A DNA stretch of 64,000 nucleotides from Haplodiscus bocki (taxonomy: Eukaryota), in contig OZ296648.1 of NCBI GenBank assembly GCA_965655095.1, positions 70,432,001 to 70,496,000 of the forward strand. The letters run 5' to 3'. Positions 39,151-52,299 of this stretch are shown here, one piece after another. The position numbers and the translations under genes were made by a program. The notes beneath the pieces are model-generated. The model had not been told where the DNA came from. It made no database searches and saw only the letters and a program-made list of their open reading frames with translations. Position 1 is the first letter of the stretch. Every line of letters begins with the position of its first letter.

Positions 39151-40560
39151 AAATTCTTATACTGTTGATTTGTACAAAAATCTTCTTACATTGAAAGGAT
39201 GCTTCATTTTGAACTGTTCTGAGCAACTAATCAACTTCTTTTGCGACTGCATCTTTAACGTGATAAAAGGGAATGCAAACTAGAAAAAAGTGGAAGCAAA
39301 GATGTCATAACCTTCACGAGAAGAGGCTAATAAAGCGACTTTCTGTTCAAAGCCAGAGATTTCACTCAAACGTAAGCGTGAGCTGCTGGCTTCTAGATGT
39401 TCAAGTTTTTTGAAAGCCATTTTTCGTCAGTGCTAAATCATTTGTAATCCTGCCATGACATCAAACGGTAGCCTTAAAGAGTTTACTCTGATAACTAAGG
39501 AGGAGTGTTGCTTTTTGAAAAATCAACCACAAAACGAAAGCAAACGTCTGGAATATTGCAAAATACAGAAACATCAAAAGCTTGCTCAGGTAACAGCATC
39601 TTTGCCGCACAAACTTTTCGGACGACGAGACTGAAGTTTCCACGAATCCCCCTTGTCGACAAGGAGCAAGCGTTGATTGCTCATTACTTTCAACTCAATG
39701 TTTAAGGATCAGATAAAACCAAGTACACAATCATCAACGTCACAAGAAAACACTGATTATCAACAGAACAATACATCAGACAAAGTTTCAGGGAGCCTAC
39801 TTCTTTCGGGAATGGCTGGAGGAAAAATTGAACGGTGGAAAGAAATCTTTAAAGTCATCCAAAAAACTACCGCGTCACCGTTGATGACAACAATCGAAAT
39901 GTTTTTCTCGATCAACAAGATACATCAGTAGGTATAATTGACCTCTTAACCGCTCTCCAAGTGAACACCAAACAGCTACCGAATCAATTTCTCATTTCGG
40001 TTGAGATACTTGCTCTGCCGCAATTTCTGTTGGCGAACACTTACGCTAGACAGACAAGTTCTAGATTCCAAAACCGGACAGCGTACGGAGAATCACCAAG
40101 CAAGCGTCTCAAACTCGACTTTGAAGCCCCTTGCAGTTGGTTGATCCTTTGAATCTACTTTTTGACGAATGGCGGCAAAAAATGGTTCTACGGATGCTGC
40201 CAAAGACGGTTGGTTCAAGCATGAATTACCAGCCCTCTTGTGGTGCCATGTGTGTTTGTGTTCACTTCGGTTGTTTACGGTTGGAAACAAAACTGATTTT
40301 CTTGACAAGTTTTTGTGTTCAAAATGTTCAAGAAGTCGATTTATGATTCAAGCTGATGATCCATTCGCAGTTGTATAAACCTCTACAAGAAGCGAAACAA
40401 AATCTGCTGTGGCTGAAAAACACATGAGAACATTGAAAACCATCATTGTCATACACCTACACGAGCATGACACAATTAGATACATTGACAACAGATTCGC
40501 ATGAGGATTACTAGCCCTTTTGTCAGCCAGGTTAGGTCATATCTTACCCACTCCCAAGCA

Positions 40561-41239
40561 ATGAGACCGAATAAGCACTGAGCCTCACTACTTTGTATCT
40601 GTTGCGAGACCAGCAAGAACGGCGAAAACCAGACTGATTGAGCTTTTGATTGTCAATCAAGGAAAAATGTTTTAACTAAGCTTCGACAAAATAATCTACT
40701 TTTATAAGCATCATCAACCCCATTACGGAACTATCTGATTGATTGTGAGTCAACACATGTTGATTTGAATTCATTCAAGGATCAGAATGGAACTCCTTAG
40801 AAAAGGCTGAAGCGCAGAGGAGACGATTTTATTTTAGTTCTGTTTGATTTCTTCGATGAAGCGACTCAAAACACAGAATATCTAGCACTAGTTATTGCTG
40901 GTCGACATCGCAACGTCCACATGATGGTTTTAAGACAACCTATTTCAACGGAATAAGAACTCGAAAACAATCGGCTTGAATGTCACGTAGATATATCTCT
41001 TCAGCAGCCCGAGATTTTCGGAACATATTGGTTTTTTGGGGACGTCAACTTTCTGAACGAGACATCACAATGGAAGCATATAAAAAAGCTACTCGCAAAT
41101 TTTTTCGTCATTTGGTGATTGACTTAGACGTGAGAAGTAGTAAAACGCTGATGTATTCTTTCAAGTGTTCTGGTGACGAGTCATCGTTGTTCTACTATTC
41201 AAAGGATCAACTCTACTTGAACCTCGACAATGAGTGTAA
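40561..41239 (+). pseudogene. Packaging ATPase, lineage A, copy 2 (tandem duplicate)
   Basis: Same sequence offset by 2089 bp. Confidence 0.85.
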
Positions 41240-42459
41240 AAATTCTTATACTGTTGATTTGTACAAAAATCTTCTTACATTGAAAGGATGCTTCATTTTG
41301 AACTGTTCTGAGCAACTAATCAACTTCTTTTGCGACTGCATCTTTAACGTGATAAAAGGGAATGCAAACTAGAAAAAAGTGGAAGCAAAGATGTCATAAC
41401 CTTCACGAGAAGAGGCTAATAAAGCGACTTTCTGTTCAAAGCCAGAGATTTCACTCAAACGTAAGCGTGAGCTGCTGGCTTCTAGATGTTCAAGTTTTTT
41501 GAAAGCCATTTTTCGTCAGTGCTAAATCATTTGTAATCCTGCCATGACATCAAACGGTAGCCTTAAAGAGTTTACTCTGATAACTAAGGAGGAGTGTTGC
41601 TTTTTGAAAAATCAACCACAAAACGAAAGCAAACGTCTGGAATATTGCAAAATACAGAAACATCAAAAGCTTGCTCAGGTAACAGCATCTTTGCCGCACA
41701 AACCTTTCGGACGACGAGACTGAAGTTTCCACGAATCCCCCTTGTCGACAAGGAGCAAGCGTTGATTGCTCATTACTTTCAACTCAATGTTTAAGGATCA
41801 GATAAAACCAAGTACACAATCATCAACGTCACAAGAAAACACTGATTATCAACAGAACAATACATCAGACAAAGTTTCAGGGAGCCTACTTCTTTCGGGA
41901 ATGGCTGGAGGAAAAATTGAACGGTGGAAAGAAATCTTTAAAGTCATCCAAAAAACTACCGCGTCACCGTTGATGACAACAATCGAAATGTTTTTCTCGA
42001 TCAACAAGATACATCAGTAGGTATAATTGACCTCTTAACCGCTCTCCAAGTGAACACCAAACAGCTACCGAATCAATTTCTCATTTCGGTTGAGATACTT
42101 GCTCTGCCGCAATTTCTGTTGGCGAACACTTACGCTAGACAGACAAGTTCTAGATTCCAAAACCGGACAGCGTACGGAGAATCACCAAGCAAGCGTCTCA
42201 AACTCGACTTTGAAGCCCCTTGCAGTTGGTTGATCCTTTGAATCTACTTTTTGACGAATGGCGGCAAAAAATGGTTCTACGGATGCTGCCAAAGACGGTT
42301 GGTTCAAGCATGAATTACCAGCCCTCTTGTGGTGCCATGTGTGTTTGTGTTCACTTCGGTTGTTTACGGTTGGAAACAAAACTGATTTTCTTGACAAGTT
42401 TTTGTGTTCAAAATGTTCAAGAAGTCGATTTATGATTCAAGCTGATGATCCATTCGCAG

Positions 42460-42910
42460 TTGTATAAACCTCTACAAGAAGCGAAACAAAATCTGCTGTG
42501 GCTGAAAAACACATGAGAACATTGAAAACCATCATTGTCATACACCTACACGAGCATGACACAATTAGATACATTGACCACCTTGAAAAGTTTCTCAATC
42601 ATAAACAATAGAATTAATCGTATGACTAGGCTGACTCCGATCAGAGTGTCTCAAAAAGGCGTTCCTTACTCTGTGTCTCTTTGCAATACTGTTCCACCAC
42701 AACGATCAAAGTTATCCGGAGATCGAGTTCGCATACGAAGGAAAATTGAAACATTTCATCATGGTTACAGAATACAGTTCATTCAGGAGCTTTTCACAAT
42801 TCCCATACACCTACAAAATCCGCCGTCGTAGGTTGTCCAGGACGTAAACAACGAAATCATTCAAGGTAACTTTTATGAACCTGAACTAGTTAAGTTTGTC
42901 ACAACAACCT
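42460..42910 (+). pseudogene. Retroviral-like (rve) integrase, C-terminal half, Maverick-type
   Basis: STRSETKSAVAEKHMRTLK (catalytic E region), INNRINRMTRLTP, GDRVRIRRKIETFHHGYRIQFIQELFTI, DVNNEIIQGNFYEPEL. Confidence 0.88.
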
Positions 42911-43011
42911 AAAAAGAACATAACAGCGCACGTGCCTAAACTTGGTAACATCTAAACTGGGTAACATCAACAATTCCAAACTGGGTAACATCAACAATCC
43001 GTCGAAAACAG

Positions 43012-43530
43012 ATGGCTTCATCGCTCCAAAACATGACTGTTTCTGACGGTGCTGAATTGACGCTAAACTTGGTTTCCAATGCGTCCATGGAAACATGTCC
43101 AGAAACCAAACTATCATGTTTCACAACACTCTTACCCACGCCTTTGACTCTGGGGATTGGCAGGTGGCTTCGCTGGAGATTTATTGACCGGCATTGGTTC
43201 GCAAAATAACTGCAGGCCAAATCACCGTGCCAAAAAGTGTGGCGCGCCCAAGGTCAACACCGCCACATCAATCACCCAGCAAAATTATTTCAAACAGACG
43301 GCCAGGGTTTGTCTCAATGAGAATACCGCGGGAGTCTAGAGAAATAAAACCAGCTCTAACGTTCACTGCTCCTGAAGTTAATTTTTTCAAGCCAGGTTGC
43401 TATTCATCCGTTGTTGATATAATTAAGGCAATAGTCAAAAGTGCTACAAAAAACAAAGAACTCCCGCCAACAACCGAGAACCCTACAGATGAATCATGGC
43501 GATGGACAATTTTTTTCGTGGAAAGTTGAT
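43012..43530 (+). pseudogene. Minor capsid (penton-like) protein N-terminus, lineage A
   Basis: LTLNLVSNASMETCPETKLSCFTTLLPTPLTL.GDWQVASLEIY.P and FKPGCYSSVVDII match the Maverick L.SNAS...P.N..S.F...LP....L.G.WEV.L.EI..P / G.Y pattern. Confidence 0.8.
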
Positions 43531-46500
43531 ATGGGGTAGTCCCAGACAGTTCTGCTTTTCATTTTCTCTCGTCCGACATTTCCTTTGAGGAAAAAGTGCT
43601 GGAGCCACATTGGTTGCTTCAAGTTCAGCACAAACAACGAAAAAGCACTTTTGCGTTTTCTCCCAATTGACGAAATCAGTTGTTAGTTCCTCAGAGGCAT
43701 CCTAATCTCAAGTGGTGCGTTAATTTTGCAGAACAAAACGTGTTTCTTGAAGTTTGTTTTAATTATCGGTTGGAAGCAGTTTCGGAAAAAGAGCGATATT
43801 GGTGCTTTGTGTTTCATTCTGGACCGACAGAGAGAGAATGAATCATATTCGAGAAGTTTCTAATTAGGCGTAATGAAGGTTTTTGTTTTCAATTGAATGC
43901 AGCAGGTCAATTTTGTGTCTCCTTTTTTATTCCTACTTTTGCACACGGACACAGCTGAGAGTTCTCCATCTGGTAAGTTTTGATGGAGCAGCGATTGAGG
44001 GCTGGAGCGGCGGACAGAAGCATTGGCATTGACTTTGAGTTGAAAGACGACCGATCGATGTTTCTCTTATGGATCTGTGAACTATTGGTACTTCGGATGA
44101 AAAAGAATAGAGCGGCCGCAATGCAATACAAGAAGAAATTATCAGCTTTATAACGAAAAACGAAGATCAGATGTTATATTGAATGCATTTCGGAAAAAAT
44201 TCCATCTTCAGCATCATACGTCAATGAATGTTATAACGCTCCTTCACAACATTCAAAATCGAGCGATTCAGGGGCTTAAAAATAGGTGGCGTTTCTATAT
44301 ACGAGCAGCCAGTAACTACTATAGATGACTGTTTTGATTTCGAATCGTGTTAATGTGCCCACCTTGCCATACTGAACTACCTTTGTCAAAGACATTCAAC
44401 TCGGCCATCGCGGCGTCCACGTGCAGCAGTTACACGACATGGGTGAGTTGAGAGGAAAATCGAGGCATTACTGAATTGAAAAAGCTTCTATTACCTCGCC
44501 TTGCTCTCTAAAGGTTTTTCCAGTTCCACTGCGATACTTGTACCAAGTTTAACGTTTGGCTTCACGTTCAGTAAAGACTTCAGAAATGCAATCATTCTAT
44601 CATTCTTGATTGAAAATGTAGTTGAACGGTTCCAAAACATTAGATTCCTCAAGCTTCAGTCCATGTATTTAGAATTTAGGATTAACGGCTTCAGTTGTGA
44701 AATCAAGCAGATCGGAGACGTTGATGTTCGGTCCACCATTAGATAGATCACTATGATACTGTTCTTGGCGTTGAATCGATGTTGAGAGTTTTCCACAGTA
44801 CGTAAGACAAAAGGAACGTCGATAGTTGACCGATGAATTGTGTTGGTTCGTTAGATGGCGAAATAATTTGCAGGATTTTGGGAATGAAACCTCACAATGA
44901 CCTTATTCGGAAACTTTGGTCAGATCATTCACTTTAAAATTGTGTTTTTTTTCGCTTGTGATCATATAAAGCACGTTTTGAGCTCGACATTTTATCACAT
45001 TCACCAGAGAGAAACGTTGTACTTGTTCAAACTAACAATTGTGTAACTCGGAAAACCCTTTTATCGAGGTGTTCAATTTTTAGTTTTCCGCAAAACAATC
45101 AGGAAACGCTCCAGGTTTTTGTTTTTGTTTATTTCATCTTCCGTTGTTGAATAGACCACGACTTTTTTCTGGTTCCCGTTTTTCGATATATTGAATTCAA
45201 ATAAATTTGTAAGGCAACATTTCTAGATGGTTTGCTGGCTAATAGTTTGAGAAGCGGATTTTAGCGTTTTCGGTTAAGCAATAGAGATAAAGGGTAATCA
45301 GGTTGAAATTGTCAAAAAAAATAGTTAACAGTCGTTTTTGTTCGTTTTGTTCAATTTCGGTTTCTATCACTGAAATCAACGTGAAAATTTTTCTTTTGTT
45401 GGTTTGCTTACTGTGTGCTTGGTCAACAAAATTCAGTTTCGGTTGATTTTTACTTTGAGCTTTTTGATCTTTTTTCGGTTTGTGAGTCAAAAGTTGCAGC
45501 AAACGCCCCTTCCTTTACTACTGGTAAAAAAGACGGCAGGTTAGTTCCGGCATGTTTTCGCTCGATTGCAATGTTTTCTGACCAACCTATGCAACTTTTT
45601 TTCGAAAAAATGAGGAGAGTGTTTTGAATCTAGTTTCGAAAGGTAATCCACAAAGATCATATGCACCTTTGCTCCCTAAATTTAATGGCATTATCAATTG
45701 CTCAGGGTTCCGAGGCAAAGTACAGATACCGAGATTTATTTTTGAATCAACTCCTAAAAATGTGAAACCATCTATTGAGACCTTGAATCTGGAAACGCAG
45801 CTGTTGGTTTTAGAGAAAAGTGAGTTTGATTAAGAAGAGATGACACTACAAGTCGCAGTTTTTGGCGGTTTTGGCCAATGGAGGTACCAATGCAGGCAAC
45901 GTAGATTGAACTTTTGTTCGAGTTACTTCCCACATACTGAAAATTGCCCTCTGAGACCCCGATGGAGGAGTGATGTCGGCAGTTTTGGAGATAATTGAGT
46001 TTTGTATCAAACAGAACCTTATTTTCATGAAAATTTTGTCATTTACAGTCACCCATTGAGAACAGTGAAACACGATATTTCTCATTTACAGGTAAAACAC
46101 TGTGAATTGACACCATGAAGAAATACAGCCAGTAGTTTTGGAAAAAATAATCTTTAACGAAGCATCTTACGTTTACAAGTTTTTTCACAGTTGCCGTCTA
46201 TCATGTTTTTGTGGAAGGGTTGAAAACGCAAGGTATGCAAATTGAGAAAAGTCCAACAAAAAAATCTGCTCATTGAGGCATCGCTAAAAATTTGCCGATG
46301 CTTGTTTGGAGGAAATTGAGTTTGATTATCAAGATGAATTGAACAGAAATTAACTTTTTGGCTTCTCCTTATATCATTATTCCGTTGTAAGAAAAGTTTT
46401 GCGAAGTTTGGAAACTGATTCACTGTTCACAAGTAGAAAATTGTCGATTTACCTTTTGACCGAAGAAATGGTACTAGTTGTTTGACAAGAACACGTTTGA

Positions 46501-49500
46501 TTTAAGGAAAATTCAGACGCCTTTGCATCTTCTGGATGGTCCTGTCCGAGAATTTTGGCATCAAAGGATTTTATCCACAGATAGTTTTTCGAATAAAGTT
46601 CTACATTTAGCGAAATGTTGACACTTCGGTGGAAAATATTCTGACAGCCGATTTGAAGAAACCGAGGTTATCAGAACGATTGAAAGGAATACGCAGTTTT
46701 TGACCCTTTTTGGCCGCTAAGGTTTGCTTTGCCTGGAATCCAACGAATTTTTTGGCGGTCGAGGAACTTAGAAGTTGAAAAATATCGATTGATACGTTGA
46801 ATATTAAAAAGCATTAGTTGTACTGAAGAAAATCAAGTTTGACATTCCAGAAAACTCAAACAGTTTCGCAGTTTTTGGCAATTTCGACCCATAATTTATC
46901 CGACGCAGAAAGTTTTTCCCAGATATCATCACTGATTTTTAGAAATTTGTTGATTAAGAGTTTGATGTTTGAGTTTCAAACAATGGTTTTGAAAAAAAGT
47001 TTTTGAACAGGAATCATTCGAATCTTTTTTTTGGCAAATTGGGCCTTTTTTGTTTCCGTTCCAGGAACGGAAACGCAAAGTTCGACAATCGACTAATTGT
47101 TCACAAGTGGATAGGTGCCCATGTCAGCCTGGATGTAGGAGGTGCAGCCAGTAGTGTTGGTGGCGAGGTTCGTTTGTTTTATGGAAAAATCGAATGCCTT
47201 TGCGCTTTTTGGCCTTTTCATTGATAAAGTTTCCGATGTCAGAAAAATGTTCCAAGATGATGTTATTGAGCGATGTTCTACAGTTAGAAAGTTTTTGATT
47301 GACACATTGATTTAAGTAATCCAGTTGTTTCGAAAAAATATTCTAGTTTGATTATCAAGCCGAATCATTTGAGGACACAATTATCGAGTTTCCCCTTATC
47401 AGGTTTCCGTAGCAAGTCCGAGGTTCAAAATTTGAGAATGAAGTAACTGTTTGGCCCTGGATAGGTGTCGTTTCTCGCTGCGATGGAGTAAGTTCACCCA
47501 GGAGCTATGGACGAGAAAAGTTTTGATTTTTTAGGCGAATTCCAACCCTTCTTTAGTTTAGTTTCCCGTAAAAGTTTCAATGATCGATCCAAAATCGGAA
47601 GTACTGTTATTAATTTACTGTTTTCAGATCAAAAGCTGTCTTTTGAAATCTTGATGGAAGTTTTGTTGCTGCTAGTTTTGGAAGTTTTTTTTGTGTTTAT
47701 AGAAAATTATGCGGAAAATAGTTGTTTTTTTGCCAGATTGCTCCTCTGGATACATAGCGTGGAATTTTGACTACCTTGCTGAAAGTTTTCGCTCAATTTC
47801 CGAGAAATTTTTTCTCGAAATCACGAAAAAGTTGAAATCAACTGAAAATGATCCACTGAATCGATAGGATTGAATCAAAGGTAAGTAAAAACTGTTTTTG
47901 TCGTTAGACCATTTCATTGTTGGAAAAATTTTCTCGGATAGTAATTTCGCTTGCTTTATAGGTTGCTGAACGGAACATCACGAATTTTTTGTCTAAAAGA
48001 ATTAATTAGGTGTCCGAGTTGACTTCGTTGATGCTCATTTACAAGAAAGTTAACTTCTAGAAAGCTTCCTTCGATTACTGAAGGATTGTAAGATTGAATT
48101 AGGAGAATGGTTTTCTAAGAATGAAATTTTTTACTTATACTTGTTACACTTCCCACAATGGCTTATTTATTGTGGATAAAGTTTTGTAACAAGGGGGAAA
48201 CCGAAATGGAAAAAAGAGGATGAATAGTTTTAAGAAAGTAAGTTTAGTCATATCAGAGAACCCTACAGGACCTGAGGTGTGAATAGGTTTAAAAATTACC
48301 CAATTCATCTTTTGGGGTGTCATTGTTACAGATAGAACTTCTCACCTAAAACAACACCTGAATAGACAACAAATAGTTTTCTGTCCAATATTTGGTTGGG
48401 GCCCTAGAATATGGCCTTCAGAAAATTTGTGTCGTGTTATTGATTTTGGAGAAGTAACTCAACATCTCCCTTTGTACATTTATACTAGATGACGCCGGCC
48501 TGTATACGCTTATAAGATTGTTCCCTAAGTTTTCTGAAATGCTAGACACATCATTTTTTTATTTGCTCATTACGCTGAAGAGCTCCATCCTACATTAATG
48601 GAAAACATACCTCCACTTTCGTTAACACTTAACAACCCCGATAGATTTTTCGAAAACTATATTCAAACCTTTTCAGTAAGAGACAAAGTATTCTAATTAA
48701 ATGGCTACGATTTGAAGTCGAAATGAATTTGGAATTATACAGCTGGATAAACGGAATTTTGTTTTTAGTATGTTAAATCAGGTTTGTAACTCGTTGTTCA
48801 ACTCTTGTGAATCTCATGAATTTGATTCAGCTGATATGCTTAATTGGAAATGTACTTCTTCGCAGCTGAAACTGTCAAAGAGTGGACATATATTTATGAT
48901 CAGACAATTGAAGTTTCACCCAGTAATCAAGCTTCTCGTTTTTTCTTTTTGCTCACAAAACGAAGATGTAATTCTATCAAACTTTATAGACTACTTAGAC
49001 CGTAGACAATGTTCTTTATAAATTGAAAGAGTATCTCTGGCAGATGAGATTTTTTTACGTTTGGTTAATATGTTCAAAAGGACTTTCTTTGTCTTCACAC
49101 TTTATCATTTTTCTTCTTTACTTCATAGTTAAAAATATTTTTGCTTGTAACAGGGATCCGCTCTAAACAAAAGAATAGTGGAACTAGTATAAGAAATGAA
49201 AAGCTTCTAAAAATGTAATTTAACGTACTCATTTTAGCTAAAATTTAGTGTGTCCGTCAAAATTAATTTGAAAAGCAACACTTTATGTTTTGCAAATTTA
49301 CATAGTAACACTTTTTGTAGGTGGCACAATAACACTTTTCAATAATGTAGTACGACCACCTTTGCCAACCAATTACATGTTTAGAGTATGGAAAACCATG
49401 CACAATTACAATATGTGATACCTGCAGCAACTCAAAAGTTTTGAAGAATGTGAATTCAGTAAGTATAGAGAAAATTTTAAATCAACAACAAAACTTGTGA

Positions 49501-49699
49501 GATGTACGTCAGTTGTAAACAAATATAGAAGGGAAATGAAACATAGAAATTTGTTCTGGTATACTTGACAGAACATGCCCCACCAAACATGTTGACACCA
49601 AACGCAGAGAAATTCCTTTTTTTAAAAATTGTTCGCCGAGATTTTCCTTCCAAATGAATAACCCCCCAAGTCAACTCCGGCCGCATCAGAAGAAATTGA

Positions 49700-50270
49700 A
49701 CCTGGTGGTGAAGAAAAAATAGAGGAAAAATCTTTAACAGGACACTGGTTATTGGTCCTTCCTTCTCTGGTAAAACTTATTTGTTGATGAGAAAATTGAA
49801 AGAAGCTAGAAATTTTTCACGAGAAAATGAAAATAACAACTAAATTGTCAGAACAGTACTCTGGGATGGAATTAGGAGATTAGGGAATTTCTCCCAAAAA
49901 ATTGAAGGTTTTTATTGAAGAACAAGAAGACGAAATTATGAATTACTTTTAGGCTGTATCATTCTTTTTGATGACATGCTTGTTTCTATTCAGAAACTGA
50001 TTAACCTTTTTTTACTCTAGGAAAGCTTAATGATTTGGATGTTTTGTCTTACTTAGCACAATCATACTTTGTCCGCTAGAGAACAAGTCGCAACAACCGC
50101 ATTGTAATCTTGTTTTTATAAACATTAAAGGATGTCGAGCCTACACAGAGGCAACGCAGTTTTTCGTATGTACTTTGAAGAATATAAATTTTTATGTAGC
50201 AGAACAGAAAAAAAACCAATTCGAATCAGTTTAGCTAAGAACTCGTCTAATTACCGGTATGGTATCAGGA
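49700..50270 (+). pseudogene. A32-like packaging ATPase, lineage B
   Basis: RTLVIGPSFSGKTYLL (intact Walker A, 49754-49777), CIILFDDML (Walker B, ~49955), FFTLGK.NDLDV..LAQSYF..RTSRNN..VILF. Confidence 0.88.
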
Positions 50271-50699
50271 ATGAGTCCAATAATCATTACACCATCTTTT
50301 TCCCTGAAGCTGATCCATTCTAGTTGAGAATCACTTACGTTTTTCTGTTTCTTTTCGTTTATTTGGTTCTTGGCAATTTTTCCTCCCGCTTCTTCAAGCA
50401 CTTCAAAATTATCATTAGATTGTTTTTCATGTAATCTTTCTTTTAAAATTTTCACTTCAGTATTATTTTTTTAATTCGTAAACTTTTTTCTTAATTCATA
50501 AACTTCTTATTCGTCAGACGAGTTTTCATCATAAACTGGTTGGGGAGGTTTCAGTCAAATTCCTTTTAAAAAGATAGATTCAGATGAAATTTTTCCCCAG
50601 ACAATTCCCCCGGGCAAAATTCCCTATTCACTATATAAATTGAAACTTTCGAATTAATAAATAATCTTTCCTAAAATTGATTCAAAACTTGTAATCCTG

Positions 50700-51710
50700 A
50701 ACGATGATCTTTTGATGCTGTTTTTTTTGTAATGCATTCATACTCCATCAGCTTATCAACAATTACTGTTATCTCTTCCTTCACCAACGGGCAATTAAAT
50801 TCGCCCCACGTTTGTGATACAACTGCAAGTGATCAACTAGTTCATTAGGATCAAATGAAAGGAAAATAAAAGGTTTTGTCTCTTGACCATTTCATTGTTG
50901 GAAAAATTTTTTCTAATAGTAATTTTGCTTGCTGTATGGGTCCTTTGAAGGAACTTCGCGAAATTTTTTGTCGAAGCAATTAATTAGGTGTCTAGTATTT
51001 TTAAATTTAGGGGATCTCCGATCTCTTTTACTGGTTTTGTATCCGTTATGAATTAAAAGGTCAACAATTTAATCTTAGGTTTTTTTTTGTTTCAATTTCT
51101 GTCTCAAGTGGTTGTGGAACGTGGAATGCTTCAGATTGGGCTGAATCGAGTTGTATTTTTTACCACTTCATTGGAATATTATTTTTGAACTTTTTTTATA
51201 ATACTGGTTGAGGAATTGTTTGGATTTATTTACAAATAGAAATTGATGTGGTGCGCTATCGGTTTTCCATTCTGAAAAAAATTGAGTTAGATTTATATGT
51301 TTCCGTAGATTAGCTTTTGTTTCCAAAGCACTAGGTTCAAGATAGTTACAGTTAGCTAGATCAGGTAGAAGTTCATTGTTCCTCTTACTTGTCTCATCAA
51401 ATTTTCCTATACCTTGTTCTGACTTGTGTAAGTTGCTGTTAAAAGCTTTGTTAGAGCCTTGTACTACCCTAATTCCTTTTTCCGTTTCTGTAGTTTGTTG
51501 TATAGATTTCGTGTGATTTTCAGTTGCGTTTTTTATATTTTGTACTTTTTCTCCCCGTTTTACTGTAGGTTTAGTTACTGGTTCAAATACTCTCAAAGCT
51601 TGATGAAACTGATCTTTTCCCAATTTCGTCCGAATTTCGACTCTTAAATTTTCATCGTCATGGATTTCTTCAATGTTTCTCCCAATCGACTCTTGTCTTG
51701 ATAACAAACA
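50700..51710 (-). pseudogene. Conserved Polinton-type coiled-coil protein, function unknown
   Basis: N-terminal IRTKLGKDQFHQALRVFEPVTKP (ORF 51168-51707) and C-terminal DPNEL..L...EEI..IVDKL motif (~50710-50875). Confidence 0.65.
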
Positions 51711-52299
51711 TCGCTAGACTTTATCCTTTTTAGTTATGAATAGCATTGAAGGACCTTGATTGGCATTTCTCTAAAACTCCTCTAAAAATTTTTTTTATTA
51801 TCTTTAACGAATTTAATTTCTTCAAATGATTTTTTGAAATAAAATCCAAAGAAAGAATTCAATGATTTTTTCCTAAATAGAAACATATTCCTTGATGAAC
51901 AGTTTTTTAAACTTGTGGTGCAGTTACAGCTCTTACGCTTGGATTTGTTGTAGCTGGTGCTGTTCTTGATTTCCTGCTAGTTGCAAAGCTCTGCCAAGAA
52001 CAAAAGTTTTTGTACCAGTTTTTCTGATCTTTCCACGAAGTCACCTCGAAGAAAAAGTTTTCAGTCCTGCCTGAATTCTGTTATTAGAATTTTTTATGGG
52101 GTTAATTTTTTTTGACATTTCACTGATGCTCTTCGAGTAATTTACATTTCATTTTCAGTTTTTATGATGCTAGTATCGCCAGTAAAATTTGAAGTCGATT
52201 ACTGATATTTTCCACCAACACAATGAGCATAAGTTTTCAAATTTTGAAGGAACCGCTCATTTCTTTTGTATCACATTCAACGATTTTGAGCCAAATTTT

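Larger units (their letters stand above)
38397..42578. repeat. Tandem duplication, 2 x 2089 bp
   Basis: All ORFs recur at +2089. TGAC at 38397, 40486 and 42575 marks the junctions. Only two differences noticed (A38918/G41007, T39615/C41704). Confidence 0.97.
36700..43530 (+). mobile_element. Maverick/Polinton-like endogenous virus relic, lineage A
   Basis: Co-oriented decayed genes: candidate PLA2-like ORF, packaging ATPase, conserved small protein (NCSEQLINFFCDCIFNVIKGN), integrase C-half, minor capsid N-terminus. No TIR/TSD found; left boundary approximate. Confidence 0.85.

Noticed and set aside
48100-48400. Adenain-like cysteine protease of lineage B (minus strand; NWVIF, FFHFGFP, SHCG words)
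   Set aside because: Motif order is suggestive but the catalytic His is absent and frames are too broken to support a call.
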